From positions 1 through 36,968 of IMG/VR virus record IMGVR_UViG_3300007734_000644: a stretch of 36,968 nucleotides of DNA; one strand, given 5' to 3'. Origin of the DNA: a virus. Its lineage: Duplodnaviria > Caudoviricetes. Below, in pieces: positions 1-9,072 of this stretch (positions within the stretch are counted from its first letter, which is position 1; every line of letters begins with the position of its first letter). Under the pieces are notes generated by a model. That model saw only the letters and a list, made by a program, of their open reading frames with translations, searched no databases and was not told the origin of the DNA. A program made the position numbers and the translations under genes.

Positions 1-2
1 CG

Positions 3-1424
3 CTTGTGCCGGTTCCTGACTTTATCCTGTACCAAGATCAAGCCAATGAACTGGATATCCTCTCGGATCGAATCGACGGGCTTGTGAAGGCTTTACGGGT
101 CAGAGGTGTCTATGACGCAAGCCAGCCAAGCCTTCAACGGCTGCTGACTGAAGGAGAAAACAACGCGCTGATCCCCGTCGATAAGTGGATGGCCTTCTCG
201 GAGAAGGGCGGACTGAAAGGCAGCATCGACCTATTGCCGCTAGATGTGCTGTCGAACGCTTTGCTGCAATGCTATCGGGCGCGGGAAGATATCAAGGCGC
301 AAATCTACGAAATCACCGGCATCAGCGACATCATTCGGGGCGCGTCCCGTGCGTCTGAAACCGCGACCGCACAGCAGATCAAGGGCCAGTACGCCGGACT
401 GCGGCTGCGCTCAATGCAAGAAGAAGTCGCCCTGTTTGCTAGTGGTTTGATCCGTCTGAAAGCGCAGATCATTTGCACGAAGTTTCAGCCTAAGACGATT
501 CTGGAGTACTCAGCCGCTGAGCAGATGAGCGAAGAAGACCAAGCCCTAGTCCCGCAAGCACTCATGCTGCTGCAAGAAAGCCCGCTGCGAAACTTCAGGA
601 TCGAGGTGGATTCGGACAGTCTTGTTCAACTTGACGAACAACAGAACAAGAAAGATCGCGTGGAATTCCTGACCGCGTTCGGCGGTTTCATGCGCGAAGC
701 GTTGCCTGTGGGTCAGCAATCGCCCGAATTGGTTCCGATGCTGGTCGAACTGATGAAATTCGGGGTTGGAGCATTCAAGCAAGCCGCGCCAATCGAAGGG
801 GCAATAGATCAAGCTCTGGAGAAGATGAAGCAAGCGCAAAAGCAAGCGGCGATGAACCCGAAACCCGCTCCGCAAGACCCAGAAATGATAAAGATTCAAG
901 CCGCGCAGCAACTCGAGCAGGCAAAGATGCAAGCCTCGGCGCAAGGCGAACAGATGCGGATGCAAGCAGACTCGCAAGCCGCTCAGATAAAGGCGCAGAT
1001 CGACACCCAAATGCATCAAGCGAAGATCCAAGCAGATATGCAACTTGCTCAGATGCAAGCGCAGATCGAAGAACAGAAGATGCAGCACGAAATGGCGATG
1101 AAAGCGCAGCAAGCCGCGCAAGAGGACGAATTCAATCGCTGGAAGGCAGAACTAGAGGCAGCAACCAAGGTCACGGTGGCGAGGATTGGCGCGAACCCAG
1201 GCGGCGACCCGCCCTTGGTGGACGCAATCACAGCCAGCACGACTTGGATGGCTCAAGAACTGGGAACGGGACTCTCGCAAGTAAGTCAAATGCAGAAAGA
1301 ACTTGCACAAACGCAAAGTGATTCAAATGACAGGATGGGAAATATTATGACGGCGCTTACGGCGAAAAAACGAATCATTCGCGGCCCGGACGGTAGAGCA
1401 ATCGGGGTCGAAGTCGTTCAATAA
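3..1424 (+). CDS. Portal protein, 5'-truncated allelic copy
   Basis: Near-identical to the C-terminal 472 aa of 33205..35502; frame is open from the window edge. Confidence 0.9.
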   Translation, partial: LVPVPDFILYQDQANELDILSDRIDGLVKALRVRGVYDASQPSLQRLLTEGENNALIPVDKWMAFSEKGGLKGSIDLLPLDVLSNALLQCYRAREDIKAQIYEITGISDIIRGASRASETATAQQIKGQYAGLRLRSMQEEVALFASGLIRLKAQIICTKFQPKTILEYSAAEQMSEEDQALVPQALMLLQESPLRNFRIEVDSDSLVQLDEQQNKKDRVEFLTAFGGFMREALPVGQQSPELVPMLVELMKFGVGAFKQAAPIEGAIDQALEKMKQAQKQAAMNPKPAPQDPEMIKIQAAQQLEQAKMQASAQGEQMRMQADSQAAQIKAQIDTQMHQAKIQADMQLAQMQAQIEEQKMQHEMAMKAQQAAQEDEFNRWKAELEAATKVTVARIGANPGGDPPLVDAITASTTWMAQELGTGLSQVSQMQKELAQTQSDSNDRMGNIMTALTAKKRIIRGPDGRAIGVEVVQ

Positions 1425-1768
1425 TGAATGGCGAATGGGATGTCGGCACTTGGGACAGCGCAACTTGGGACTACGTTACCCCGATTGTTGTGCTGGATAC
1501 CCACGATGGCGATTACCTCAAAAAGAAGTTCGCAAAAGAAATACAAGACAAAAAACGGCGAAAAGACGAGATTATTTATGCGTTTGAGCGAATCGTTGAA
1601 GGCAGACCAGACGTTGCGACAGAGATCGCAGCGCCGTATACAGAGAAACGCGCATCGACTTTGCCTGCGATTGATTACGACAAGATGCTCGACGACTTGG
1701 ACCGGGTTGAGCGGATCTGGAACCTACACATCGAACTGGACGACGAAGAAGTGATGATGCTGCTATGA
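1424..1768 (+). CDS. Hypothetical protein (N-terminal W-x4-W-x4-W motif)
   Basis: Coupled to the portal stop (TAATG); frame conserved in both repeat copies. Confidence 0.85.
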   Translation: MNGEWDVGTWDSATWDYVTPIVVLDTHDGDYLKKKFAKEIQDKKRRKDEIIYAFERIVEGRPDVATEIAAPYTEKRASTLPAIDYDKMLDDLDRVERIWNLHIELDDEEVMMLL

Positions 1769-2085
1769 GATACGTTTCGATTAACGGTGAGTGGGTCCCG
1801 ATAGATCAGCGAACCCCGGCTGAAGGCGTGATGATCCAGCCAGATATCCAGCCCTATCAGTCGATGGCTGACGGCTCAATGATTACGAGCCGCTCCCAGC
1901 ACCGGGAACACCTGAAAAAGCACAACTGCTTTGAAGTCGGCAACGAAAAGATGGAATCCAAGCCTGTAATCGTAAAAGACACCCGGCGCGAGGTTTTGCG
2001 CTCTCAGCTTGCCAATATGACCCATTCCCAAGCCAATAAAGTGCTTTCACGGCTCAGGGATGATATTCGTTTCACCCGCAAATGA
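1765..2085 (+). CDS. Hypothetical head-module protein
   Basis: ATGA overlap with upstream gene; conserved in second copy with an in-frame 6-nt indel. Confidence 0.85.
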   Translation: MRYVSINGEWVPIDQRTPAEGVMIQPDIQPYQSMADGSMITSRSQHREHLKKHNCFEVGNEKMESKPVIVKDTRREVLRSQLANMTHSQANKVLSRLRDDIRFTRK

Positions 2086-2103
2086 CCCCCACAGGGAGCA
2101 AAA

Positions 2104-3081
2104 ATGTCTGACCTTAACGAGATTGTCCCAGTCGAGAACGGCGATGCCCGCCGCGAAATGCTTGCCCAGCAATTTGACGAAATCGAAACCAGCCCCGCTG
2201 AACCAGCGCGGGACGATGCTGGCAAATACGCCAAAGCCGAAACGCCCGTTAAAACGACTCCAGAAGCAGAGGTGCAGGAAGATCCCGTCTGGAAGCGCCC
2301 CCCGGCAAGCTGGAAAAAGGACTACCACGAGGTTTGGCAAACCGCCGACGATAGGCTGAAAGAATACGCCCATCAGCGCGAAGAACAGATGAAGGCGGGA
2401 ATTGAGCCGTTGCGCTCTAAAGCTCAGTTCGCGGATCAGATGCAAGAGGTCATTGCCCCGTATATGCAGACAATCACGGGTCTGGGGATTGATGCTCCGA
2501 AGGCTGTAAAAGCCTTGATGGAAGCAGACCACATCCTGAGAAACTCGCAACCCGCTGAGAAACACCAATATTTTGCTAGACTTGCACAAAGTTACGGAGT
2601 AAATTTATCTGATGTCGGTGGTTTGCAACAACAGACTGCCGTAGATCCACAGTTTTATGCCTTGCAAAACGAGCTAAATTCGGTTCGCGGCGAGGTGATG
2701 GGCTGGAAACAGCAGCAAGAACAGCTACAAAACCAAGCCCTTCTTGGAGAAATAAACAATTTCTCGCAGAAGGCAGAGCATTTTGAAGAAGCACGGCCTG
2801 TGATGATCCAGCTCCTACAGAGCGGCGTTGCGACCGATTTGCAAGATGCTTACGACAAAGCGGTGCGCCTAGATCCGGGACTTTTTGAGACTGTTCACGC
2901 TGGCAAACAAGCCCAAGTTGAGCAGACAAAGAGGGCCGGAGCCGATAGGGTTGCGAAAGCAGCAAGGGCGGCAGCGGTGAGCGTCAGAGGCTCCACACCC
3001 GGAGCGGCTACTCAATCCAAAGCGCAAGATCGTCGTGCGTTGCTGGCAGAGCAGTTTGAAAACCTCAGCGAACGACTCTAA
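2104..3081 (+). CDS. Capsid scaffolding protein (putative)
   Basis: Acidic/helical protein directly upstream of the capsid gene; RDDAGKYA and PPASWKK motifs typical of such scaffolds; SD GGGAG. Confidence 0.75.
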   Translation: MSDLNEIVPVENGDARREMLAQQFDEIETSPAEPARDDAGKYAKAETPVKTTPEAEVQEDPVWKRPPASWKKDYHEVWQTADDRLKEYAHQREEQMKAGIEPLRSKAQFADQMQEVIAPYMQTITGLGIDAPKAVKALMEADHILRNSQPAEKHQYFARLAQSYGVNLSDVGGLQQQTAVDPQFYALQNELNSVRGEVMGWKQQQEQLQNQALLGEINNFSQKAEHFEEARPVMIQLLQSGVATDLQDAYDKAVRLDPGLFETVHAGKQAQVEQTKRAGADRVAKAARAAAVSVRGSTPGAATQSKAQDRRALLAEQFENLSERL

Positions 3082-3102
3082 CCACTTTCAAGGAGCTAAA
3101 AC

Positions 3103-4029
3103 ATGGCATTCGCCAACAGTTCCGTTAGTGACATCATTGCGACCAACATTCAAAGTCGCTCGGGTGAGCTTGCGGACAACGTAACAAACAACAACGCACT
3201 CTTGCGTAGGCTGAAAGAACGCGGAAACGTGAAAACGTTTTCCGGCGGTAACGTCATCCTCCAAGAGATCATGTACAACGACAGCACGACCAATAACACG
3301 AACTCTTACTCGGGTTACGAAGTGCTGAACGTGTCGCAAAACAGCCCGATCTCGGCTGCTCAGTTCGGCATCACCCAGTACGCTGCGGCAGTCTCGATCA
3401 GCGGCCTGGAGATGATCCAGAACAGCGGCAAGGAAGCGATCATCGACCTGCTCGACGGTCGCATGAACGTGGCTGAAGCTCAACTGGCTAACCGTATCGG
3501 TGGGGATATCTATCTGGACGGAACCGGCAACAGCGGCAAGAACATCACGGGCCTCGGCGCGGCTGTGCCGGATGCTCCGACCTCTGGGACGTATGGCGGC
3601 ATCAACCGCGCCACTTATACGTTCTGGCAGTCGGTTGCTTATTCGGGCGTGACGAACGGCGGCTCAGCAACTTCAGCCTCCAACATCCAGCAGTACATGG
3701 ACTCGTTGGCTGTGCAACTGATTCGCGGAACCGACAAACCCGATCTGATCGTGGCGGATAACATTTACTACCGTCTGTATCTGCAATCGCTTCAGTCGAT
3801 TCAGCGTATCTCTGACTCGGGCAACTCGTCTGCTGGTGCTGGTTTCGCTTCGCTGAAATACTACGGCGCTGGCATGGCCTCGGATGTGGTGCTCGACGGC
3901 GGTATCGGTTCTGCCGCGACTGCCTCGCATATGTGGTTCCTGAACACGAAGTACATGATGTTCCGGCCCCACGTTGACAGGAATTTCGTACCGATTGGCG
4001 GCGAACGGCAAGCCGTTAACCAAGACGCT
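3103..4029 (+). CDS. Major capsid protein, exon 1
   Basis: SD AAGGAG; position after scaffold; capsid-like sequence ending ...QAVNQDA at the predicted 5' splice site. Confidence 0.88.
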
Positions 4030-4268
4030 AAACCAACGTTTCATTAAAATGGTGTCTATAAACCTTCTCTGATTGACTTGGAAGCCCGGAAGCGGGCGAC
4101 AGGGCGGAAGCGAAAGCACCGTGAACGACTAAGTGAGAGGGCCGCGAAAGCGGAAGCGATAGTCTGAACATCGGTATAACTTTATTGAAGCCGGTGAGGG
4201 AGATCCGAAGTGGTTTCCCCGCCATCGAAAGATGGTCAGTAAGCCGAAAGGCTGAAAGTAACAGAATG
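4030..4268 (+). ncRNA. Group I self-splicing intron, ORF-less, 239 nt
   Basis: Exon ends in U and intron ends in G. P1: exon AGACGCU pairs with GGUGUCU (4051-4057) with a U-G pair at the junction. P7: GACUA (4127-4131)/UAGUC (4160-4164) in R/S-like contexts. P3: CCUUCUC/GAGAGGG. P8: CCGC-GAAA-GCGG. Removal restores the frame. Confidence 0.93.
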
Positions 4269-4343
4269 ATTGTGAAATTGATCGGTTGGGCGGGCAATCT
4301 TACGTCCTCCGGCCCGCAATTTTGCGGCGTTTTGATCGCTTAA
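4269..4343 (+). CDS. Major capsid protein, exon 2 (IVKLIGWAGNLTSSGPQFCGVLIA*)
   Basis: In frame with exon 1 after splicing (333-aa product); stop overlaps the SD of the next gene. Confidence 0.9.
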   Translation: MVKLIGWAGNLTSSGPQFCGVLIA

Positions 4344-4355
4344 AGGAGAAGCAAA

Positions 4356-4907
4356 ATGGCTTTTACTATCATTGAAAACCAAGCCGGTCTGCTTCAGATC
4401 GCCGTCATCGATACGGGTGTGACCTCTCCGGGCGGCGTTTCGTCTGGAACGGCTACCGTTATCCCGACTCCGCCCAACGTCCTCGGAAAGATCGTGCGTG
4501 CTGACGATCCGACTTACGGCGAAGGCGAATTCATCCTGCTCGTCGGGGTGGCTTCAACGGTTGTCGGTTCGCTGGTGTCGTACAACGCAACGACCTATCA
4601 GACGGTTCTGGTTCCGAACACGGGAAACCAAGCCTGTCCGGTTGCTGTTGCAATGTCTGCTAACCTTGCTGGCACGTTCGGCTGGTATCAGATCGAAGGA
4701 AACGCGGTAGTCAAGAAAACGGCAGTTGCGGTTACCCCGCAGGTGACGCTGTTCCTGTCTGCCACCGCTGGTCGCGTTAAGGTTCTTGCCTCTGCGGGTC
4801 TCCAGGTTCTCGGAGCGCGTTCGGCAAACCTTGCAACGATTGCTGCGACCGTTTCGACGGTCACGGTGACGCTGAACCGTCCTCACCTGCAAGGCCAGAT
4901 TACTTAA
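4356..4907 (+). CDS. Capsid decoration/cement protein (putative)
   Basis: Small A/V/T/G-rich beta-type protein directly after the capsid gene; SD AAGGAG. Confidence 0.6.
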   Translation: MAFTIIENQAGLLQIAVIDTGVTSPGGVSSGTATVIPTPPNVLGKIVRADDPTYGEGEFILLVGVASTVVGSLVSYNATTYQTVLVPNTGNQACPVAVAMSANLAGTFGWYQIEGNAVVKKTAVAVTPQVTLFLSATAGRVKVLASAGLQVLGARSANLATIAATVSTVTVTLNRPHLQGQIT

Positions 4908-5702
4908 ATGGTCGAAGCAGTTTTAGACGTTGTAGGAAATACGGCCCCCAGCGTAATGCTGGGGAACGTAAAGCTGTCTTGTAAAAGGCAGCTTTCTTGG
5001 TTCGATTTTGATGAAAAGTCAAACGAGGAAAGCATTTGCATCGTCGGAGGTGGGCCGAGCCTCAACAAATCATTCCCACAACTGGCGGCGCGGTTCCAGA
5101 ACGGCGCTCAAGTCTGGAGCGTCAACGGCTCATACGATTGGCTGACTAAGCGGGGAATCGTTCCTGACGGTCATGTGATGCTGGATGCGCGACCTGAAAA
5201 CGTGCGGTTCGTGAAGAATCCGAAGCCGCAGACGCAGTTCTATATCGCCAGCCAATGTGATCCCTGCATATTCGACGCTCTGGAGGGCTTTAACGTCGAT
5301 CTGGTACACGTTCAGACTGAAGGAGTCTACGAGTACCTCGAGGACGAGAAAGAGCGTCCTGTGCATCTTATGGGCGGTTTAACGACTGTCGGGATGCTGG
5401 CGATGGTTCTTGCAAAGCTGAAAGGTTATAAACGCATCTACCTGTTCGGCATGGACTCTAGCTACTCGGAAGACCAGCACCATGTTTACAAGCAAGAGTC
5501 GAACGATGGCGAAACAATCATCACGGCTTCGATCCACGAACAGAAGTACAAGGCTGCTCCGTGGATGTGCCAGCAAGTGAAGGACTTCCAGAACATTGCG
5601 CGAGAGTTCGCGCAGGAAGATGTGGTAATCGAGGTCTGCGGTTCAGGTTTGCTCTTCGCAATGGCGAAAGCCATGTCTATTCCCATAACACAAAGGATCT
5701 AA
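4908..5702 (+). CDS. MAF/DUF115 (MptE-like) family protein, putative glycosyltransferase-like
   Basis: Motifs ICIVGGGPSL, PDGHVMLD and GYKRIYLFGMDS match this family. Confidence 0.7.
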   Translation: MVEAVLDVVGNTAPSVMLGNVKLSCKRQLSWFDFDEKSNEESICIVGGGPSLNKSFPQLAARFQNGAQVWSVNGSYDWLTKRGIVPDGHVMLDARPENVRFVKNPKPQTQFYIASQCDPCIFDALEGFNVDLVHVQTEGVYEYLEDEKERPVHLMGGLTTVGMLAMVLAKLKGYKRIYLFGMDSSYSEDQHHVYKQESNDGETIITASIHEQKYKAAPWMCQQVKDFQNIAREFAQEDVVIEVCGSGLLFAMAKAMSIPITQRI

Positions 5703-5705
5703 AAA

Positions 5706-6065
5706 ATGGCTATCCCTTCGCGTGTTCTCTCGTCCGGCAACTCCCCGCTGTCAACCACCAGCATCTGCGGTGATGGCGCAACGGGCCTCACGGCAACCGG
5801 CTCGGCTGCAAGCGATGCGCTGCAACTGTCGGCCTGCTACAACTCAATCGGTACTGCTGCTGCATCGACTGGCGTGAAACTTCCTCCGACTGAAGCTGGC
5901 GCGATGGTTGTGGTTTACAACGGCGGCGCGTCTACCTTGACCGTTTACCCGGCAACCGGTTCAACGATTAACGCTGCTGCCGCCAGCCTTTCGGTTACAA
6001 CAACAACGCGCGTTCTGTTTGTCGCCACTTCCGCAACCACTTGGGTTTCGATTGCTGGTGCTTAA
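5706..6065 (+). CDS. Small Ala/Thr/Ser-rich virion protein (putative)
   Basis: SD AAGGA; composition and VYPATGSTIN-type motif of phage structural beta proteins. Confidence 0.6.
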   Translation: MAIPSRVLSSGNSPLSTTSICGDGATGLTATGSAASDALQLSACYNSIGTAAASTGVKLPPTEAGAMVVVYNGGASTLTVYPATGSTINAAAASLSVTTTTRVLFVATSATTWVSIAGA

Positions 6066-6086
6066 ATTTCCCCACAGGAGATAAAA

Positions 6087-6611
6087 ATGCTTGATAGTGA
6101 TATCGGTAATGGAGATCAGCACTTGCACGTTGAGTTTTACACCTACGACAAAGAGCCTTACAAAGACCGTCCTTTTGTGCGGATCATCGTCCCCGGTGAC
6201 AAAACGAACGTTGTAGACCAGCCTGTCCGGGATGACCACAAAGCACGGTTTCCCCGGCAATGGCTGCATTTCCAGATGCAGGGTGAGCCGCAAGCGATTG
6301 GCACTCCTTTGCAGGAATGGTGCAAGGATCAGCCGGTAGAGTTCACCGATTACCAGATGGCAGAACTGCAAATCCTGAAATTTCAGACTGTTGAGCAAGT
6401 TGCCACGGCCTCGGACGCGCAGCTTCAGCGTGTTGGCATGGGCGCTACTGGTCTGCGGGATAAAGCGCGGGCGTATTTGCTAAACAAGAACCAGAGCGAG
6501 AGTTCTACAGAACTGGCGAAAACGCGCACAGAACTAGAAGAACTCAAAGAACAAATGGCAGAACTGCTGGCAGAAAAACGCAAGCCGGGACGACCTAAAA
6601 AAGAGGTTTAG
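6087..6611 (+). CDS. Hypothetical protein with HhH-like segment, coiled coil and PGRPKK tail
   Basis: SD AGGAG; TVEQVATASDAQLQRVGMG segment; basic AT-hook-like C-terminus. Confidence 0.75.
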   Translation: MLDSDIGNGDQHLHVEFYTYDKEPYKDRPFVRIIVPGDKTNVVDQPVRDDHKARFPRQWLHFQMQGEPQAIGTPLQEWCKDQPVEFTDYQMAELQILKFQTVEQVATASDAQLQRVGMGATGLRDKARAYLLNKNQSESSTELAKTRTELEELKEQMAELLAEKRKPGRPKKEV

Positions 6612-6613
6612 CT

Positions 6614-7522
6614 ATGTCGAGCACGATGCTCCAGTTGGTGCAGCAGGTAACGAACGAACTCGGGGTATCGACTCCCGCCTCTGTCGCCGGTAATACCAAC
6701 CAGGACGTTGTGCAGATCCTCGCGCTTATGAACGCTTGCGGCTATGAACTGCTCCGCAAAGCTGATTGGCGCGAGCTTACAAAGCAGAAAATTTTTTACA
6801 CCGAGTATCTGACCACAACAGGAACGTGGACGACCGCAGCCCGCACGATTACCGGAATCCCGAGCACCGTAGGGCTGGACACGACTTATCAAGTCATCGG
6901 GACTGGGATCAATCAGAACACGTTCATCGCTTCGGTTGATTCTTCAACGCAGGTAACGGTCAATCAAGACTTCGCTGCCGCTGGAACTGCTGCTACGGCG
7001 TACTTCCAGAAAATGAAGTACGACCTGCCCAGCGATTACGAAAGCCTTGTTCCGCGCACGATGTGGGACAAATCCAAGCATTGGGAGATGCTCGGCCCTG
7101 AAAGCGCCCAGCAATGGGAATGGCTGCTCTCTGGCTACATCTCGACCGGCCCGAGGATTCGCTGGCGCTTGCTTGGATCGTACTTCCAAATCTGGCCCGG
7201 TTTCTCTAATGCCGAATGTCTGGGCTTTGAATACAGATCGAACGGCTGGGCGTTGAGCGCAGCGGGTGCTGTGAAAACGAGTTTCACGGTGGACACGGAT
7301 ACCTGTATTTATCCCTCGCGGCTCATGGTTTTGATGACGAAGCTAAAGTATTTTGAGGCGAAAGGCTTTGACACGACTGCGATGTTTCGGAACTTCGCCT
7401 ACGAACTTGAAGCAGCGATGGCGCTGGATATGTCCTCTGCGAACCTAAGCTTCGCGCCGCGTCCGGGTAGTGTGTTAATCGGATATGACAACATCCCGGA
7501 TTCCGGCTACGGAGCGAACTGA
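6614..7522 (+). CDS. Head-tail adaptor / tail tubular protein A-like
   Basis: Position before the nozzle gene; N-terminal MLQLVQQV..ELG helix; YDLPSDY motif. Confidence 0.65.
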   Translation: MSSTMLQLVQQVTNELGVSTPASVAGNTNQDVVQILALMNACGYELLRKADWRELTKQKIFYTEYLTTTGTWTTAARTITGIPSTVGLDTTYQVIGTGINQNTFIASVDSSTQVTVNQDFAAAGTAATAYFQKMKYDLPSDYESLVPRTMWDKSKHWEMLGPESAQQWEWLLSGYISTGPRIRWRLLGSYFQIWPGFSNAECLGFEYRSNGWALSAAGAVKTSFTVDTDTCIYPSRLMVLMTKLKYFEAKGFDTTAMFRNFAYELEAAMALDMSSANLSFAPRPGSVLIGYDNIPDSGYGAN

Positions 7523-9072
7523 TGGCCCGTAATCTGGTTCAGGGAACCGCCGCCAGGGTTGCGTCTGTTCCCGCTCCTGTGGGCGGCTGGAATGCTCGGG
7601 ATTCGATTGCGAACATGGATCCTCTGGACGCGGTTCAACTGACGAATTTCTTTCCCAGCGTGAGCAACGTTGTCCTGCGCGGTGGGTACGTTCAATGGGT
7701 GACGGGGATCACGGGACAAGTCGAATCGCTTGTCAATTATTCGACCGGAACAGCGGATAAATTGTTCGCCTGGGCTGGAGGAAAAATCTATGACGTTACG
7801 TCCACAGGGGTGGTGGGCGCTGCGGTAAAGTCAGGACTGACTAACTCACGCTGGGAACATATAAACGTCACCACCGCCGGGGGAAGCTATCTCTACTGCG
7901 TGAACGGGGTCGATGCGCCGCTGCTTTACGATAATTCGACGTGGGAAAGCATCACCGCAATATCGACAATTGCGATCACGGGCGTTACGACAACAACCCT
8001 CTCTAATATTGCGTTGCACAAGAGCCGCGTCTGGTTCATCCAAAAAGACACTCTGAAGGCTTGGTATCTGCCCGTAAACGCGGTTGGTGGGGCTGCACAG
8101 GTGCTGGATCTGAGCGCCATTGCCAAGTACGGCGGGACGCTTACAGACCTCGACACATGGACGCTCGACGCTGGATATGGCGTGGACGATAACCTTGTGT
8201 TCATCACCAGCAACGGCGAAGCCATCGTCTACAGCGGCACAGACCCTTCTAGCGCAAACACTTGGGCGTTGATCGGTGTCTGGAAGCTGGGTTCTCCCGT
8301 GGGGAATCGCTGCATGATGAAATACGGCGGCGATCTGCTGATTATTACTTTGGACGGCCTAGTTCCCCTGGCGGGATCATTGCAGTCCTCTCGCCTAGAT
8401 CCTCGGATCGCACTATCGAACAAAATCCAAGGTGCGATTACGACTGCGGTGACAACTTACGGAAGCAATTTCGGGTGGGAAATTCTCTATTCATCCAAGA
8501 ATAATGCTCTTTGGATTAACGTCCCCGTCCAAGAAGGCGCGAGCCAAGAGCAATATGTGATGAACAACATCACAAAAAACTGGTGCAACTTTACCGGCTG
8601 GAACGCAAACGTCTGGGAAACGTTTAACGACAATCCTTATTTCGGCGGCAATGGCTTTGTTGGCAAGGCTTGGGATGATGACTACATCGACAACACAAAC
8701 AACATCACGACCGTTGCGCTGCAAGCGTTTAATTACTTTGAGTCTCGCGGCGTAAAGAAATACTTCACCCGAGCGCGGCCTAGTCTGTTCACGGACGGTC
8801 TTCCCTCGGTAGCGGTGGGGATGAACGTTGATTTCGACCTTGCAGACACAACCGCAACGCTGTCGTTTTCTCCAAGCCCTGTAGCGATCTGGGACACATC
8901 TTTGTGGAATTCGTCCATCTGGGGTACGGGGCTGCAAATCACGAATAACTGGCAAGGGATTACAGGTCTTGGCTATTGCGGCGGGATTCAGCTAAAGAGC
9001 AGTTCTCAAGGTCTGCATATTGAGTGGGCCTCAACGGACATTGTGTATCAGAGCGGATGGGCTGGAATATAA
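7522..9072 (+). CDS. Tail nozzle / tubular protein B-like (beta-propeller)
   Basis: 516-aa W/G/T-rich beta protein following the adaptor; APVGGWNARD N-terminus. Confidence 0.7.
   Translation: MARNLVQGTAARVASVPAPVGGWNARDSIANMDPLDAVQLTNFFPSVSNVVLRGGYVQWVTGITGQVESLVNYSTGTADKLFAWAGGKIYDVTSTGVVGAAVKSGLTNSRWEHINVTTAGGSYLYCVNGVDAPLLYDNSTWESITAISTIAITGVTTTTLSNIALHKSRVWFIQKDTLKAWYLPVNAVGGAAQVLDLSAIAKYGGTLTDLDTWTLDAGYGVDDNLVFITSNGEAIVYSGTDPSSANTWALIGVWKLGSPVGNRCMMKYGGDLLIITLDGLVPLAGSLQSSRLDPRIALSNKIQGAITTAVTTYGSNFGWEILYSSKNNALWINVPVQEGASQEQYVMNNITKNWCNFTGWNANVWETFNDNPYFGGNGFVGKAWDDDYIDNTNNITTVALQAFNYFESRGVKKYFTRARPSLFTDGLPSVAVGMNVDFDLADTTATLSFSPSPVAIWDTSLWNSSIWGTGLQITNNWQGITGLGYCGGIQLKSSSQGLHIEWASTDIVYQSGWAGI

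Larger units (their letters stand above)
1..2878 (+). repeat. Left copy of ~2.9-kb imperfect direct repeat (portal 3' part to scaffold)
   Basis: Position 1 aligns to 34079 and 2878 to 36968. Many third-position differences (8 in the first 60 nt). Right copy carries two 6-nt insertions. Last ~220 nt are identical. Confidence 0.97.

Noticed and set aside
3103-4047. 314-aa ORF as the complete capsid protein, or frameshift/readthrough to reach the C-terminus
   Set aside because: The missing C-terminus is 239 nt away and the insert has all group I hallmarks; splicing explains it more simply.
4028-4297. 89-aa minus-strand ORF as an intron-encoded endonuclease
   Set aside because: Antisense to the intron and lacks HNH, GIY-YIG or LAGLIDADG motifs.
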